Assembly (NCBI GenBank): GCA_030425185.1
Contig: JAUIAU010000011.1
Coordinates: 114 to 64,113, forward strand
Length of the DNA stretch: 64,000 bases
Direction of reading: 5' to 3'
From: Alphaproteobacteria bacterium
GTDB lineage: Bacteria > Pseudomonadota > Alphaproteobacteria > Rhodobacterales > Rhodobacteraceae
Of the stretch, positions 1 through 8,668 are shown piece by piece (the first letter of the stretch is position 1; each line of letters opens with the position of its first letter). Under the pieces are notes generated by a model, which saw nothing but the letters and a program-made list of their open reading frames with translations, was not told where the DNA came from and did no database searches. A program made the translations under genes and the position numbers.

Positions 1-531
1 CCGCTGCTCGAAGCTGGGGCGGACGGCATGTTCATCCAGATGGTCGAGACGCCCGAGCAGGTCGAGGCGCTGATCGCCGCGATGAAGTTCCCGCCTGTCG
101 GACGCCGCAGCTATGGCGTGAACCGGGCCCATGGCTACGGCTTCGATTTCGACCGCTACATCACCGAGTGGAACGACAGCTCGACGCTGATCCTCCAGAT
201 CGAATCGATCACCGCGGTCGAGAACATCGACAAGCTTCTCGCCTATCCGGACGTCGATGGCGTGATGGTCGGACCCTATGACATCTCTGGCTCCCTCGGC
301 GTTCCGGGCCAGACGAACCACCCGAAGGTGCGCGAGGCCGGCCGCAAGGTCGTCGAGGCCGCCGCGCGGGCCGGCAAGTCCTGCTGCACGCAGATCGCGG
401 ACGTGACGCCGGAGCGCGTTCAGGACGCCTTTGACCAGGGCTTCACCTTCGTCATCCTGGGCAGCGACCTGTTCATCCTGTGGAAATGGGCGGAGACCAT
501 GCGCGGCGTGATCGCGGAGGCCAAGGCATGA
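1..531 (+). CDS. HpcH/HpaI aldolase family protein (5' partial; frame open from window start)
   Basis: Frame 1 is open from base 1 (PLLEAGADGMFIQMVET...). Motifs 'ILQIESITAVENIDKLLAYPDVDGVMVGPYDISGSLG' are typical of class II pyruvate aldolases. Stop overlaps the next ATG (ATGA 528-531). Confidence 0.88.
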   Translation, partial: PLLEAGADGMFIQMVETPEQVEALIAAMKFPPVGRRSYGVNRAHGYGFDFDRYITEWNDSSTLILQIESITAVENIDKLLAYPDVDGVMVGPYDISGSLGVPGQTNHPKVREAGRKVVEAAARAGKSCCTQIADVTPERVQDAFDQGFTFVILGSDLFILWKWAETMRGVIAEAKA

Positions 532-1304
532 GCTACGTCGACGACCTGTTCGGCATCGCCGGACGCGCCGCGATCCTGACCGGCGCGGGCGGCCATCTCT
601 GTGGCGAGATGGCCCGGGCGCTGGGGCGGGCGGGCTGCAAGGTTGCCGTGACGGACCTGCGTGTCGAGAAGGCCGAAGCCGTTGCGGCCCAGATCACGGA
701 TGCAGGCGGCGCGGCCATCGGCATCGCGCTCGACGCCACCAGCAAGGCCGATTTCCAGGCCGCGCTGGCGCAGGCAGTCGAGGCCTTCGGGCCGGTGTCG
801 ATCGCCGTCAACGGCGCCGGCATCAATGCACCGACGCCCTATCTCGACATCGAGCTCGACGACTGGAAACGGGTGCTCGACAGCCAGATCAACGCGACCT
901 TCCTCGGCTGCCAGGTGTTCGGGGCCCACATGCTCGAGCAGGGCAAGGGCAGCATCATCAACATCAGCTCGGCCAGTGCCGGTCCGCCCCTGTCGAAGGC
1001 CTTCGCCTATTCGGTGGCCAAGGCGGGGATCAAGAACCTGACCCAGAACCTCGGCCGCGAATGGGGCACGACCGGCGTGCGGGTGAACGCGATCCGTCCC
1101 GGCTTCTTCCCGACCGAATGGAACCGCAAGAACTTCATCACCCCCGAGCGCGAGGCCGCGATCCTCGGCCATACGGCGATGAAGCGCTATGGCGAGCCGG
1201 AGGAACTGACCGGAGCCCTGATCTGGCTGGCGTCCGATGCGTCGGGCTTCGTGACCGGGGCCGAAATTGCCGTCGACGGCGGCTTCTCTGCGATGACGAT
1301 CTGA
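528..1304 (+). CDS. SDR family oxidoreductase (gluconate 5-dehydrogenase/mannonate oxidoreductase-like)
   Basis: TGAGGHLC nucleotide-binding motif, NGAG, YSVAK catalytic YxxxK, VDGG C-terminus. Coupled to the aldolase by an ATGA overlap. Confidence 0.9.
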   Translation: MSYVDDLFGIAGRAAILTGAGGHLCGEMARALGRAGCKVAVTDLRVEKAEAVAAQITDAGGAAIGIALDATSKADFQAALAQAVEAFGPVSIAVNGAGINAPTPYLDIELDDWKRVLDSQINATFLGCQVFGAHMLEQGKGSIINISSASAGPPLSKAFAYSVAKAGIKNLTQNLGREWGTTGVRVNAIRPGFFPTEWNRKNFITPEREAAILGHTAMKRYGEPEELTGALIWLASDASGFVTGAEIAVDGGFSAMTI

Positions 1305-1340
1305 TCTTGCGGCGGGGTCGCTGTGCGGCCCTGCCCCTCG

Positions 1341-1859
1341 TCACCCCGCGGCGGACTGCGACACCAGGATCGCTTCGCACAGTTCCCGCACGGCACCGTT
1401 GCCACCACGCGCCCGCGTCTGGAAGCGGCAAACCTCCTTCACTTCCGGACGGCCATCGGGCACCGTGACCGGCATGCCCACGGCCCGCAGCAGGCTCAGG
1501 TCGTTGACATCGTCCGCGATGTGGGCGGCATCCGCGAACCCGAGGCCGAGGTCGTTCAGGATCGCCCCCAGGGTGACGGATTTGTCCTCGATCCCCGTGT
1601 GGCAGAAATCGACGCCCAGATCACGCGCGCGGATTTCGATGTAGCGTGTGCGGCTCTGGCTGATGAAGGCCAGCTTCACGCCCGCCGCCTGCACCCGCTT
1701 CAGACCCATCCCGTCCAGCACGTGAAACCGGGCAAACCGGGTGCCATCATCCGCGTAGTACAGACCCCCGTCCGTCAGCACGCCGTCGATGTCACAGCAC
1801 AGGAGCTTCACCCGCGCGAGGTCGGGACAGGGCGTGACGAACGGCGGCTCGTGACTCAT
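1341..1859 (-). CDS. KdsC-like HAD phosphatase (3-deoxy-octulosonate 8-phosphate phosphatase family)
   Basis: CDIDGVLTDG (DxDGV) motif, ADDVND acidic motif, and GGNGAVRELCE C-terminal motif typical of KdsC/YrbI. ATG at 1859. Confidence 0.85.
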   Translation of the reverse strand: MSHEPPFVTPCPDLARVKLLCCDIDGVLTDGGLYYADDGTRFARFHVLDGMGLKRVQAAGVKLAFISQSRTRYIEIRARDLGVDFCHTGIEDKSVTLGAILNDLGLGFADAAHIADDVNDLSLLRAVGMPVTVPDGRPEVKEVCRFQTRARGGNGAVRELCEAILVSQSAAG

Positions 1860-1863
1860 CGGC

Positions 1864-2640
1864 TCAGAGCCCGGCGGCCAATACACGGGACAGAAGGCCC
1901 GCCTGAACCGGGTCGGTCTCGATCCGTTCGAGGACGATGTCCGCCTCGTGCGGCTCGTTGACGGAGGGCAGCGACTCGCCCACCGGCACCGAGTAGAGAC
2001 GGCGCCCATGCTCGATCAGGCGCATCTGCTCGATCGACTCGGCCCGCTCGATGGGGGTCTGGGCGGCACCGGCAACCTCCAGCAGCACGTCGCGGCGGAA
2101 CGCGAACAAGCCGAGAATCTTGCGGACATAGCCCTGCTGCACGTCGAACGGCGCATGCGAGGGCGACCGACGGAAGCAGTAGAGGATACGATCATCCGGC
2201 GCGACGGCGCATTTCACGAAGGAATGCCGGTCGAGTTCCTCGGCCGCCTCGATCGGCCCGGTCACGTTCCACAGGTCGCCGTCAGGCTTCGCGGCCATGC
2301 CCGCCAGCAGCGCCTCGACATGCGCTGGCAGCAGAAGCGGCTCGTCGCCCTGCAACAGGATGACGTTGTCGCAGTCGATCCCCTTCACCGCCTCGGCGAT
2401 CCGGCTGGTGCCGTTGGTGTGGGTGTTCGCCGTGCGCACCACGTGACCGCCGTGGCGGGCGATCTCGGCCTCGATCTCGTCATCGCAGGTCGCGACGATC
2501 ACGTCGTCCAGCCCGTCGGCCATCAGGGCCCGACGGCGGACATGCTCGACCATCGGCAACCCGGCGAAGGGAAACAGGATCTTCCGGGGAAACCGGACGG
2601 AGGCGAGGTGGCAAGGGATGATGCCGACGGTTCGGGACAA
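1864..2640 (-). CDS. KdsB-like cytidylyltransferase (CMP-ulosonate synthetase family), TTG start
   Basis: IIPCHLASVRFPRKIL N-terminal motif, HTNGTSRIAE, LQGDEP, IEQMRLIEHG, SVNEPHE; a divergent KdsB-type pattern. Confidence 0.85.
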   Translation of the reverse strand: MSRTVGIIPCHLASVRFPRKILFPFAGLPMVEHVRRRALMADGLDDVIVATCDDEIEAEIARHGGHVVRTANTHTNGTSRIAEAVKGIDCDNVILLQGDEPLLLPAHVEALLAGMAAKPDGDLWNVTGPIEAAEELDRHSFVKCAVAPDDRILYCFRRSPSHAPFDVQQGYVRKILGLFAFRRDVLLEVAGAAQTPIERAESIEQMRLIEHGRRLYSVPVGESLPSVNEPHEADIVLERIETDPVQAGLLSRVLAAGL

Positions 2641-2652
2641 GATGGGCCGCCT

Positions 2653-3396
2653 TTACTGGGGGAACACGCCGCAATCGACGTTGACGCACTGGCCGGTCAT
2701 GGCGCTGGCCCGGTCCGAGGCCAGCCAGACCGCGTAGTTGCCGACCTCCTCGCCGGTGGGCAGGTGGTCCAGCGCGGCATTCGCCTTGCGGAAGTTTTCG
2801 AGGAAGGTCTCGGGATCGCCCTTGGCCGGGCTGTCCTCGCGCGACAAGGCTTCGATAAGGCCGTCGGTCCGCACCAGAACGGGGCAGATCGCGTTGACGC
2901 GGATCCCCTGCGGACCGAGCTCCTTGGCGAGGCTCTGGGTCAGCCCGTTCATCCCGAACTTGGTGGCACAGTAGACCGAGTTGTTGGCCGAGCCGCGCTT
3001 GGCCGCCATCGACGAGATGTTGATGATCGAACCGCCCTGGCCCAGCGCGGACGCCGCAGCCTTGCACCCCCAGAAGGCCCCCTTGAGGTTCGTGGCCATC
3101 ATGTCGTCGAAGAAGGCATCCGTGATCTCGCCGATGGGCGACCACGCGGAATAGCCCGCGTTGTTCACGTAGGCGTCCAGCGTGCCCATCTCGGCCGCGA
3201 CCTCGGTCAGACGGACGTGATCGGCCTCGTTACGGACATCTATCGGGACGAAGCGCACGCGTCCGGGGGCCAGGTCCTCGACCCCGTTCGGATTGCGCGA
3301 TCCAACGACCACCGAATAGCCGTCGCGCAGGAAGCACTCGGTCAGCGCCCGCCCGATGCCCCGGTTGCCCCCGGTGATGACCACGACCTTGTCCAT
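2653..3396 (-). CDS. SDR family oxidoreductase
   Basis: TGGNRGIG, NNAG, YCATK (YxxxK), NVDCG C-terminus. Confidence 0.9.
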   Translation of the reverse strand: MDKVVVITGGNRGIGRALTECFLRDGYSVVVGSRNPNGVEDLAPGRVRFVPIDVRNEADHVRLTEVAAEMGTLDAYVNNAGYSAWSPIGEITDAFFDDMMATNLKGAFWGCKAAASALGQGGSIINISSMAAKRGSANNSVYCATKFGMNGLTQSLAKELGPQGIRVNAICPVLVRTDGLIEALSREDSPAKGDPETFLENFRKANAALDHLPTGEEVGNYAVWLASDRASAMTGQCVNVDCGVFPQ

Positions 3397-3417
3397 GCTG
3401 CCCCCATTGCCCGCCGT

Positions 3418-5319
3418 TCAGGCGTCCGCTCCTTCGCGCCCGGCATCCAGCGCCGGTTCGGGCAGGTCTTGGCAGAATCCGTCCACGACTTCCAGAAAGA
3501 CTTCGCGCACGGCTCGGGCGTTGCCGGCCCGGACGGCCTGTTCGAGGTGCTTCACCGCCGAAGCGGTTTCGAACTCGGACAGATGCGCTTCATGGGCGCA
3601 CATGATCTTCGGATGCGGGGTTCCGGCAAGGTTCGAGCCGAGCAGAAGTTCCTCGTAGAGCTTCTCGCCCGGCCGCAATCCGGTGAAGCGGATCTCGATG
3701 TCGCCTTCGGTTCCACCCGGCTGCCGCTCCTGAAGCCCGCTCAGAGCAATCAGGTTACGGGCGACATCGACGATCTTCACCGACTCCCCCATGTCGAGCA
3801 CGAAGACGTCCCCGCCCTTCGCAAAGGTCCCGGCCAGCAGCACCAGTTGCACGGCCTCGGCGATGGTCATGAAGAAGCGTGTCACCTCGGGATGCGTGAC
3901 GGTCACGGGGCCGCCGCGTGCGATCTGCTCACGGAAAAGCGGGATCACCGATCCGGAGGAGTCGAGCACGTTCCCGAAACGCACCATCGCGAAGGTGGTT
4001 CCGCGGCTCCGCGTCTGCAGGTCCTGAATCACAAGTTCCGAGAAGCGCTTGGAGGCCCCCATCACGTTGGTCGGCCGGACCGCCTTGTCGGTCGAGACGA
4101 GGATGAACTGGCGCACCCCGGCCGCCTCGGCGGCGAGGGCGAGCGTGCGGGTCCCGAGGGCATTGTTCGCCGCCCCGGCGACCTCGTTCGATTCGATCAG
4201 CGGCACGTGCTTGTAGGCGGCCGCGTGCAGGATGATGCCCACCTCGTGGGTCAGGATGACCTGCTTCACGTGGGCCGCGTCGGCCACGGACCCCAGCACG
4301 GGGACCAGGCGCGCGGAAGACTGGAGCCCCTCGAGTTCGCGGTGGATCTGGTAGAGGGCCACCTCGCTGATGTCGAAGAGGACCAGCACCCGCGCCCCGG
4401 CCTTGACGATCTGCCGGCAGAGCTCGGACCCGATCGAGCCGCCGGCCCCGGTCACCATCACCACCTGCCCGGCGTAGGCGGCCTTGATCTCGGGAAGGTA
4501 GATCTTGCGGGTGCTGCGCCCGAGCAGGTCCTCCGCGGTGACCGCGCGCAACTGCGCCGACAGGGACCCGCTTCCGATGAAGTTCTCGAAATGCGGCAGG
4601 GTCAGGAGCTTGCGATTGTATCCCTGCAGGTGCCGGAGGATTTCGCGCCGACGCTCGCGCGGCAACGACGGGATCGCCAGGACGATCTTGTTCACCTCGT
4701 GACGACGCAGCAGCGCCTCGATCCGCTCGGGCGCGTGCACCTTCAGCGCTCCGTAGCGCATGTTCTGCTTCTTCGGGTCGTCGTCCACGAAGGCGACGGC
4801 AAGGGTATCGTCCGACCGGTCCAGGGCCCGTGCCAGCTGCTGCCCGGCCGCCCCGGCGCCGTAGATCAGAACGCGGTCCCGCGGGCGGCTGAGTTCCTCG
4901 GACTGGGTGAAGAGCCATCCCACCGCTATTCGCAGACCGGCCATCAAAACAAGCAGAAGCAATCCAAAGATGAACGGAACCGACCGAGGCGTCGGATCCT
5001 CGAAGGTCAGGTTCAGGATGAACCCGACGATGGACAGCGCGGCACTGAGCAGCGCGATCTTGAGGATGCTTCCCGGCGCAAGGCTCCGGATCGCGATCCA
5101 GGGCAGTTCCATCATGACCGACAGGAACCCGCCCGCGATCAGCCAGAACATGACCAGCAGACCGAGTCCCGGGATGTAGAGGTCCGCCCACGGGTCGCCC
5201 ATCCGCAGGTAGAGCGCGAGCCAGGCTGCGACGACGATGAGACCTGCGTCCGCGACCACCACCAACATGATCTTGCCCGAGCGATCCATGTCGGTTAACC
5301 TACGCAGCATCTGGTTCAT
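3418..5319 (-). CDS. Polysaccharide biosynthesis protein CapD/WbpM/PglF family (membrane-anchored UDP-HexNAc 4,6-dehydratase)
   Basis: N-terminal TM segments, YGAGAAG CoA-binding-like domain, TGAGGSIGSELCRQI, HAAAYKHVP, STDKAVRPTNVMGASKR, RFGNVLDSSGSVIP, GLRPGEKLYEEL. Confidence 0.93.
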   Translation of the reverse strand: MNQMLRRLTDMDRSGKIMLVVVADAGLIVVAAWLALYLRMGDPWADLYIPGLGLLVMFWLIAGGFLSVMMELPWIAIRSLAPGSILKIALLSAALSIVGFILNLTFEDPTPRSVPFIFGLLLLVLMAGLRIAVGWLFTQSEELSRPRDRVLIYGAGAAGQQLARALDRSDDTLAVAFVDDDPKKQNMRYGALKVHAPERIEALLRRHEVNKIVLAIPSLPRERRREILRHLQGYNRKLLTLPHFENFIGSGSLSAQLRAVTAEDLLGRSTRKIYLPEIKAAYAGQVVMVTGAGGSIGSELCRQIVKAGARVLVLFDISEVALYQIHRELEGLQSSARLVPVLGSVADAAHVKQVILTHEVGIILHAAAYKHVPLIESNEVAGAANNALGTRTLALAAEAAGVRQFILVSTDKAVRPTNVMGASKRFSELVIQDLQTRSRGTTFAMVRFGNVLDSSGSVIPLFREQIARGGPVTVTHPEVTRFFMTIAEAVQLVLLAGTFAKGGDVFVLDMGESVKIVDVARNLIALSGLQERQPGGTEGDIEIRFTGLRPGEKLYEELLLGSNLAGTPHPKIMCAHEAHLSEFETASAVKHLEQAVRAGNARAVREVFLEVVDGFCQDLPEPALDAGREGADA

Positions 5320-5731
5320 GTCGGTGTTCGTCCGTTTCAGAATCGCCCGTTCCGAGCTGGGTTGGCGTCAGCATCACCAAATTCGATGGTAATACTACGA
5401 AGCGTCCAGCCTCATTGTCGGTCAAGCCAAGTGTAGACTAGTCGTGGTGTATGCGGAAAGCGAGACCTTCTGGTAGGGCATTTGGCGCACGTTTGATGGT
5501 CTGTTGCAAGAGGCTCTTAGGGGACTCATCTCGTGAATCCAGCTTGCTACCCTTTAGACGTCGCCAAACAGATACCTCCGACCCACATACAAGACCTAGA
5601 ACTGGTAGGCCTGTAGTAATACTCTGAAGCACCGAGGCTCGCTGAAGATCAATTGGTCGGTACGCGATCGCCTGCAGTCACCGTAAGACTGGTTCAATGC
5701 CAACGTTAACTGTAAGCGCGACGGCGTGGCC

Positions 5732-7297
5732 CTATGCGGCGAGGCTTGGCGGCTGTGTCTGCCGCCAAGGCATGAGGTCTTCGATGCGGGATCGTGGGTG
5801 GCCGTTGAGGATGGCGCGCAGGGTAGCGGCGAGGTAGTCGACGGGGTTCACGCCTGACAGCTTGCAGGTTGCGACGAACGACGCGAGCATGGCCCAGTTC
5901 TCGGCGCCGATCTCGTTTCCGGCGAAGAGGGCGTTCTTCCGGGTCAGCGCGATCGGACGGATCTGGTTCTCGACCGGGTTGGTATCCAGCTCGAGGGTGC
6001 CATCCTCGAGGAAGCGGACCAGGCCGGACCAGTGCCCAAGGGTGTAGCGGATATCCTCGGCGAGTTGGGACTTCTGCGGGATGCGCGAGAGCTGGGTCTC
6101 CAGCCAGGGCTTGAGCGCGGAAATGATCGGGGCGGCGTGCTCACGTCGGGCGGCGAGGCGGACGGCAGGGGCGTGGCCGCGCACGGTCTTCTCGGTCTGA
6201 TAGAGCAACGCAATCTGGCGCAGCATCTCCTCGGCGATGGGCGAGCCGTCGCTCTCGACGCGTTTGACGAAGCGGCGACGGACATGGGTCCAGCAATAGA
6301 CCAGCTGCCACGGCCCCTCTTCGCGCGGGATCTCGGTCAGGGCGTTGTAGGACTGGTAGGCGTCGCATTGCAGGAACCGGCCGCGGTATCCCGCCAGGAA
6401 CTTCAGCGGATGCTCCCGTCCCCGACCGGGGGCGTAGTGGAACAGCACAATGGGCGGGCCGGCACCGCCATGTCCGCGATCGTCGGAGACGACGGCCCAG
6501 AAGTAGCCGCTCTTGGTGGCCTTCCGGCCCGGGTCCAGCACCGGCGCGCGGGTCTCGTCGACGAAGATCCTGTCGGCGGCGCGCAGATGGGCCTTCATGT
6601 GGTCGATCACGGGCATCAGGTGGAAGCAGGCGCGGCCGACCCAGTTGCCGAGCGTGCCGCGGTCGAGGCTGAGCCCCTGCCGCTCGAAGATCCCGGCCTG
6701 GCGGTAGAACGGCAGGTGGTCGCCGAACTTCGAGACGATGATCCACGCGATCAGCCGTTCGGTGGGCAGGCCGCCCGGCACGACATGCTCGGGGGCATGC
6801 GCCTGCACCACGGCCTGCGAACAGCGCCGACAGGCGTATCTCGGACGCCGCGTCACTAGAACCTGGAACTGCGCCGGGATCACGTCGAGCCGCTCGGAGA
6901 CATCCTCTCCGATCCGGGCCATCTCGCCACAGCCGCAGGGGCAAAGGGTGCTGGCGGGCTCGATCACGCGCTCGACCCGGGGCAGATGCGCCGGTAGATG
7001 CCCGCGGTTGCGCGCGGGCTTGCGCGGTTCATCCCCGCGCGCCCGTTGCAACGCTGCTTCCGCCTTCTCCTGGGCAGCCTCCAGCACGCCTTGGGCCAGT
7101 TCAGCGTCCTCGAGCGGCAGATTGAACTGGTCGGGCGACAACTTCTCGGAACTCTTGCCAAAGCGTTCGCGCTGCGCGGCGCGCAAGATCCCCTCCAGCC
7201 GGCGGTTGGCCTCCTGCACCTCCACGAGCGCCGCCTCGACCTCCGCGAGGCGGGCCTTCAGGTGAGCATTCTCGCGGCTGAGCGTGGCGGCATCCAT
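5732..7297 (-). CDS. tnpC: IS66 transposase TnpC
   Basis: Leucine-zipper N-terminus (FGKSSEKL), CPCGC zinc motif, SKFGDHLPFYRQ, ADRIFVDET, LQCDAY, CWTHVRRRF, TNPVENQIR. Confidence 0.95.
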   Translation of the reverse strand: MDAATLSRENAHLKARLAEVEAALVEVQEANRRLEGILRAAQRERFGKSSEKLSPDQFNLPLEDAELAQGVLEAAQEKAEAALQRARGDEPRKPARNRGHLPAHLPRVERVIEPASTLCPCGCGEMARIGEDVSERLDVIPAQFQVLVTRRPRYACRRCSQAVVQAHAPEHVVPGGLPTERLIAWIIVSKFGDHLPFYRQAGIFERQGLSLDRGTLGNWVGRACFHLMPVIDHMKAHLRAADRIFVDETRAPVLDPGRKATKSGYFWAVVSDDRGHGGAGPPIVLFHYAPGRGREHPLKFLAGYRGRFLQCDAYQSYNALTEIPREEGPWQLVYCWTHVRRRFVKRVESDGSPIAEEMLRQIALLYQTEKTVRGHAPAVRLAARREHAAPIISALKPWLETQLSRIPQKSQLAEDIRYTLGHWSGLVRFLEDGTLELDTNPVENQIRPIALTRKNALFAGNEIGAENWAMLASFVATCKLSGVNPVDYLAATLRAILNGHPRSRIEDLMPWRQTQPPSLAA

Positions 7298-7366
7298 GCC
7301 CCGGAGTGAATCACGCCGGTGCCGTTCCAGCCAGCAAAAACGGGGACTTCGCGTGCATCCATGCGA

Positions 7367-7723
7367 TCAGCCTGCGACCAGTGGCCGCCGCGCTCGTTCC
7401 GGTCGGACCAGCCGCCAGTCCAGTCCCTCGAACAGCGCCGCCAGCTGCGCCGAGGACATCCGCATCACCCCGTCCCGCACCTGCGGCCAGACAAATTTGC
7501 TGCCCTCGAGGCGCTTGTGAACCAGCACCATCCCGGTCTGGTCCCAGACCAGAAGCTTGATGCGGTCCGCACGCTTTGCCCGGAAGACGAAGACCGCCCC
7601 GCAGAACGGGTCCAGCCCGCACATCTCCTGCACCGCAAGCGCAAGGCCGTCGATCCCCTTGCGGAAGTCCACCGGGCGCGTCGCCACGTAGACCTTCACC
7701 GGCCCAGCTTGACCGAGCATCAT
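7367..7723 (-). CDS. tnpB: IS66 accessory protein TnpB
   Basis: PVDFRKGIDGL, FVFRAKRADRIKLLVWDQTG, KRLEGSKFVWP motifs. Confidence 0.93.
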   Translation of the reverse strand: MMLGQAGPVKVYVATRPVDFRKGIDGLALAVQEMCGLDPFCGAVFVFRAKRADRIKLLVWDQTGMVLVHKRLEGSKFVWPQVRDGVMRMSSAQLAALFEGLDWRLVRPERARRPLVAG

Positions 7724-8145
7724 GACGTCGAGGCCCGTGCCGCCCGGATCGCCCGCGTCAGCAGCCCCTCGTCGGCGTCGGTCCCGGCACGGATCACGAC
7801 ATCCCCGATGACGATCTCCACGCCGGTCACGGCCGAGGTCTCCGCCGGTATCTCTGCCCCGGCAGCGGCGCTCTCGACGACCAGCTCGGCAAACATCGGC
7901 AGCGCCGCCACGCTCTCGGGCACGACAAGCTGCCCCGTCCGCAGCTTCCTCCGCCAGTCATAGATCTGCCAGCGCGTCGTCCCGTGCCGTTGCGCAACAT
8001 CCGTCACCGACGCCCCGGGCACCAGGCTCTCCGCCGCAATCCGCGCCCGCTCCGCCTTCGTGCGCAGCCGGCGCCCGGACGGCCCCTCGATCACCTCAAG
8101 CCGAGAAACCCTGCCTTCCCTTGGGCTGTCCAAATGGACGCCCAC
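7720..8145 (-). CDS. tnpA: IS66 accessory protein TnpA (HTH); start uncertain (GTG 8145, alternatively 8184 or 8133)
   Basis: GRRLRTKAERARIAAESLVPGASVTDVAQRHGTTRWQIYDWRR helix-turn-helix. Stop overlaps the tnpB start. Confidence 0.88.
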   Translation of the reverse strand: MGVHLDSPREGRVSRLEVIEGPSGRRLRTKAERARIAAESLVPGASVTDVAQRHGTTRWQIYDWRRKLRTGQLVVPESVAALPMFAELVVESAAAGAEIPAETSAVTGVEIVIGDVVIRAGTDADEGLLTRAIRAARASTS

Positions 8146-8433
8146 TTTGCCGTCTCGTTCCAAGCCCAAACCTCCAACGCCCATGCGCGCGGAGATTGGC
8201 CCGTTCAGCTCACTAACGGCAGGAGGGGGGCGGCGTCGCGCTTACGGTTAACTGGGATTACATGCCGCGAGGCAGGCGTGGCCCCAAGCAGTCGCTGGCC
8301 ATGAGTACCAAGTAGGGCCGTTGAGTGAGACACGCAGGTTGCAAGACTTAAGCCATCCTGCACGGCCAAGCCACGCTCGACATGCCTGACACGGAGGCCT
8401 TGGGATAAGTCTTTCCAAGGTAGGGGCACTCTA

Positions 8434-8668
8434 GGTGTTTGATCCCATGGTCTGATGGTGCGATCCGTTCGCTTGAATTGAGGGACGCCTTATTGGACAG
8501 TTACTCTTCAGCTGCGCCACGAACACGCACGCCTTCAGAGCCGCAATACAGCGATCGCAAGCTTCGACCGCGGAGCTGCGCCGGGAGCTCGGCATCAATC
8601 CGAAGACGGTCGCAAAGTGGCGCACGCGGCAATCGGTCGAGGATCATAAGACGGGACCGAGCACCTAA
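8434..8668 (+). pseudogene. IS481-family remnant: left end plus truncated transposase N-terminus
   Basis: GGTGTTTGATCCCATGG end sequence at 8434. From 8492 the frame reads (I)GQLLFSCATNTHAFRAAIQRSQASTAELRRELGINPKTVAKWRTRQSVEDHKTGPST*, matching the IS481 transposase N-terminal HTH, with ATT where ATG is expected and an early TAA. Confidence 0.8.

Larger units (their letters stand above)
5712..8245 (-). mobile_element. IS66-family insertion sequence (tnpA-tnpB-tnpC), 2534 bp
   Basis: Terminal inverted repeats GTAAGCGCGACG (5712-5723) and CGTCGCGCTTAC (8234-8245). Flanks CGTTAACT (5704-5711) and GGTTAACT (8246-8253) form an 8-bp target duplication with one mismatch. Three IS66 ORFs lie inside. 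Confidence 0.95.

Noticed and set aside
1948-5298. 1116-aa plus-strand ORF
   Set aside because: Antisense shadow of capD/SDR/kdsB-like genes caused by GC3 bias; no motifs of its own.
5481-5497. TGGCGC...TTGAT sigma-54-like element
   Set aside because: The -12 GC dinucleotide is missing (AT instead).
5438-5632. 64-aa minus-strand ORF in the low-GC leader
   Set aside because: No SD, no recognisable motif, atypical composition. Rejoining across the IS66 site did not extend any frame.
8431-8625. 64-aa minus-strand ORF
   Set aside because: Antisense reading of the IS481 remnant.
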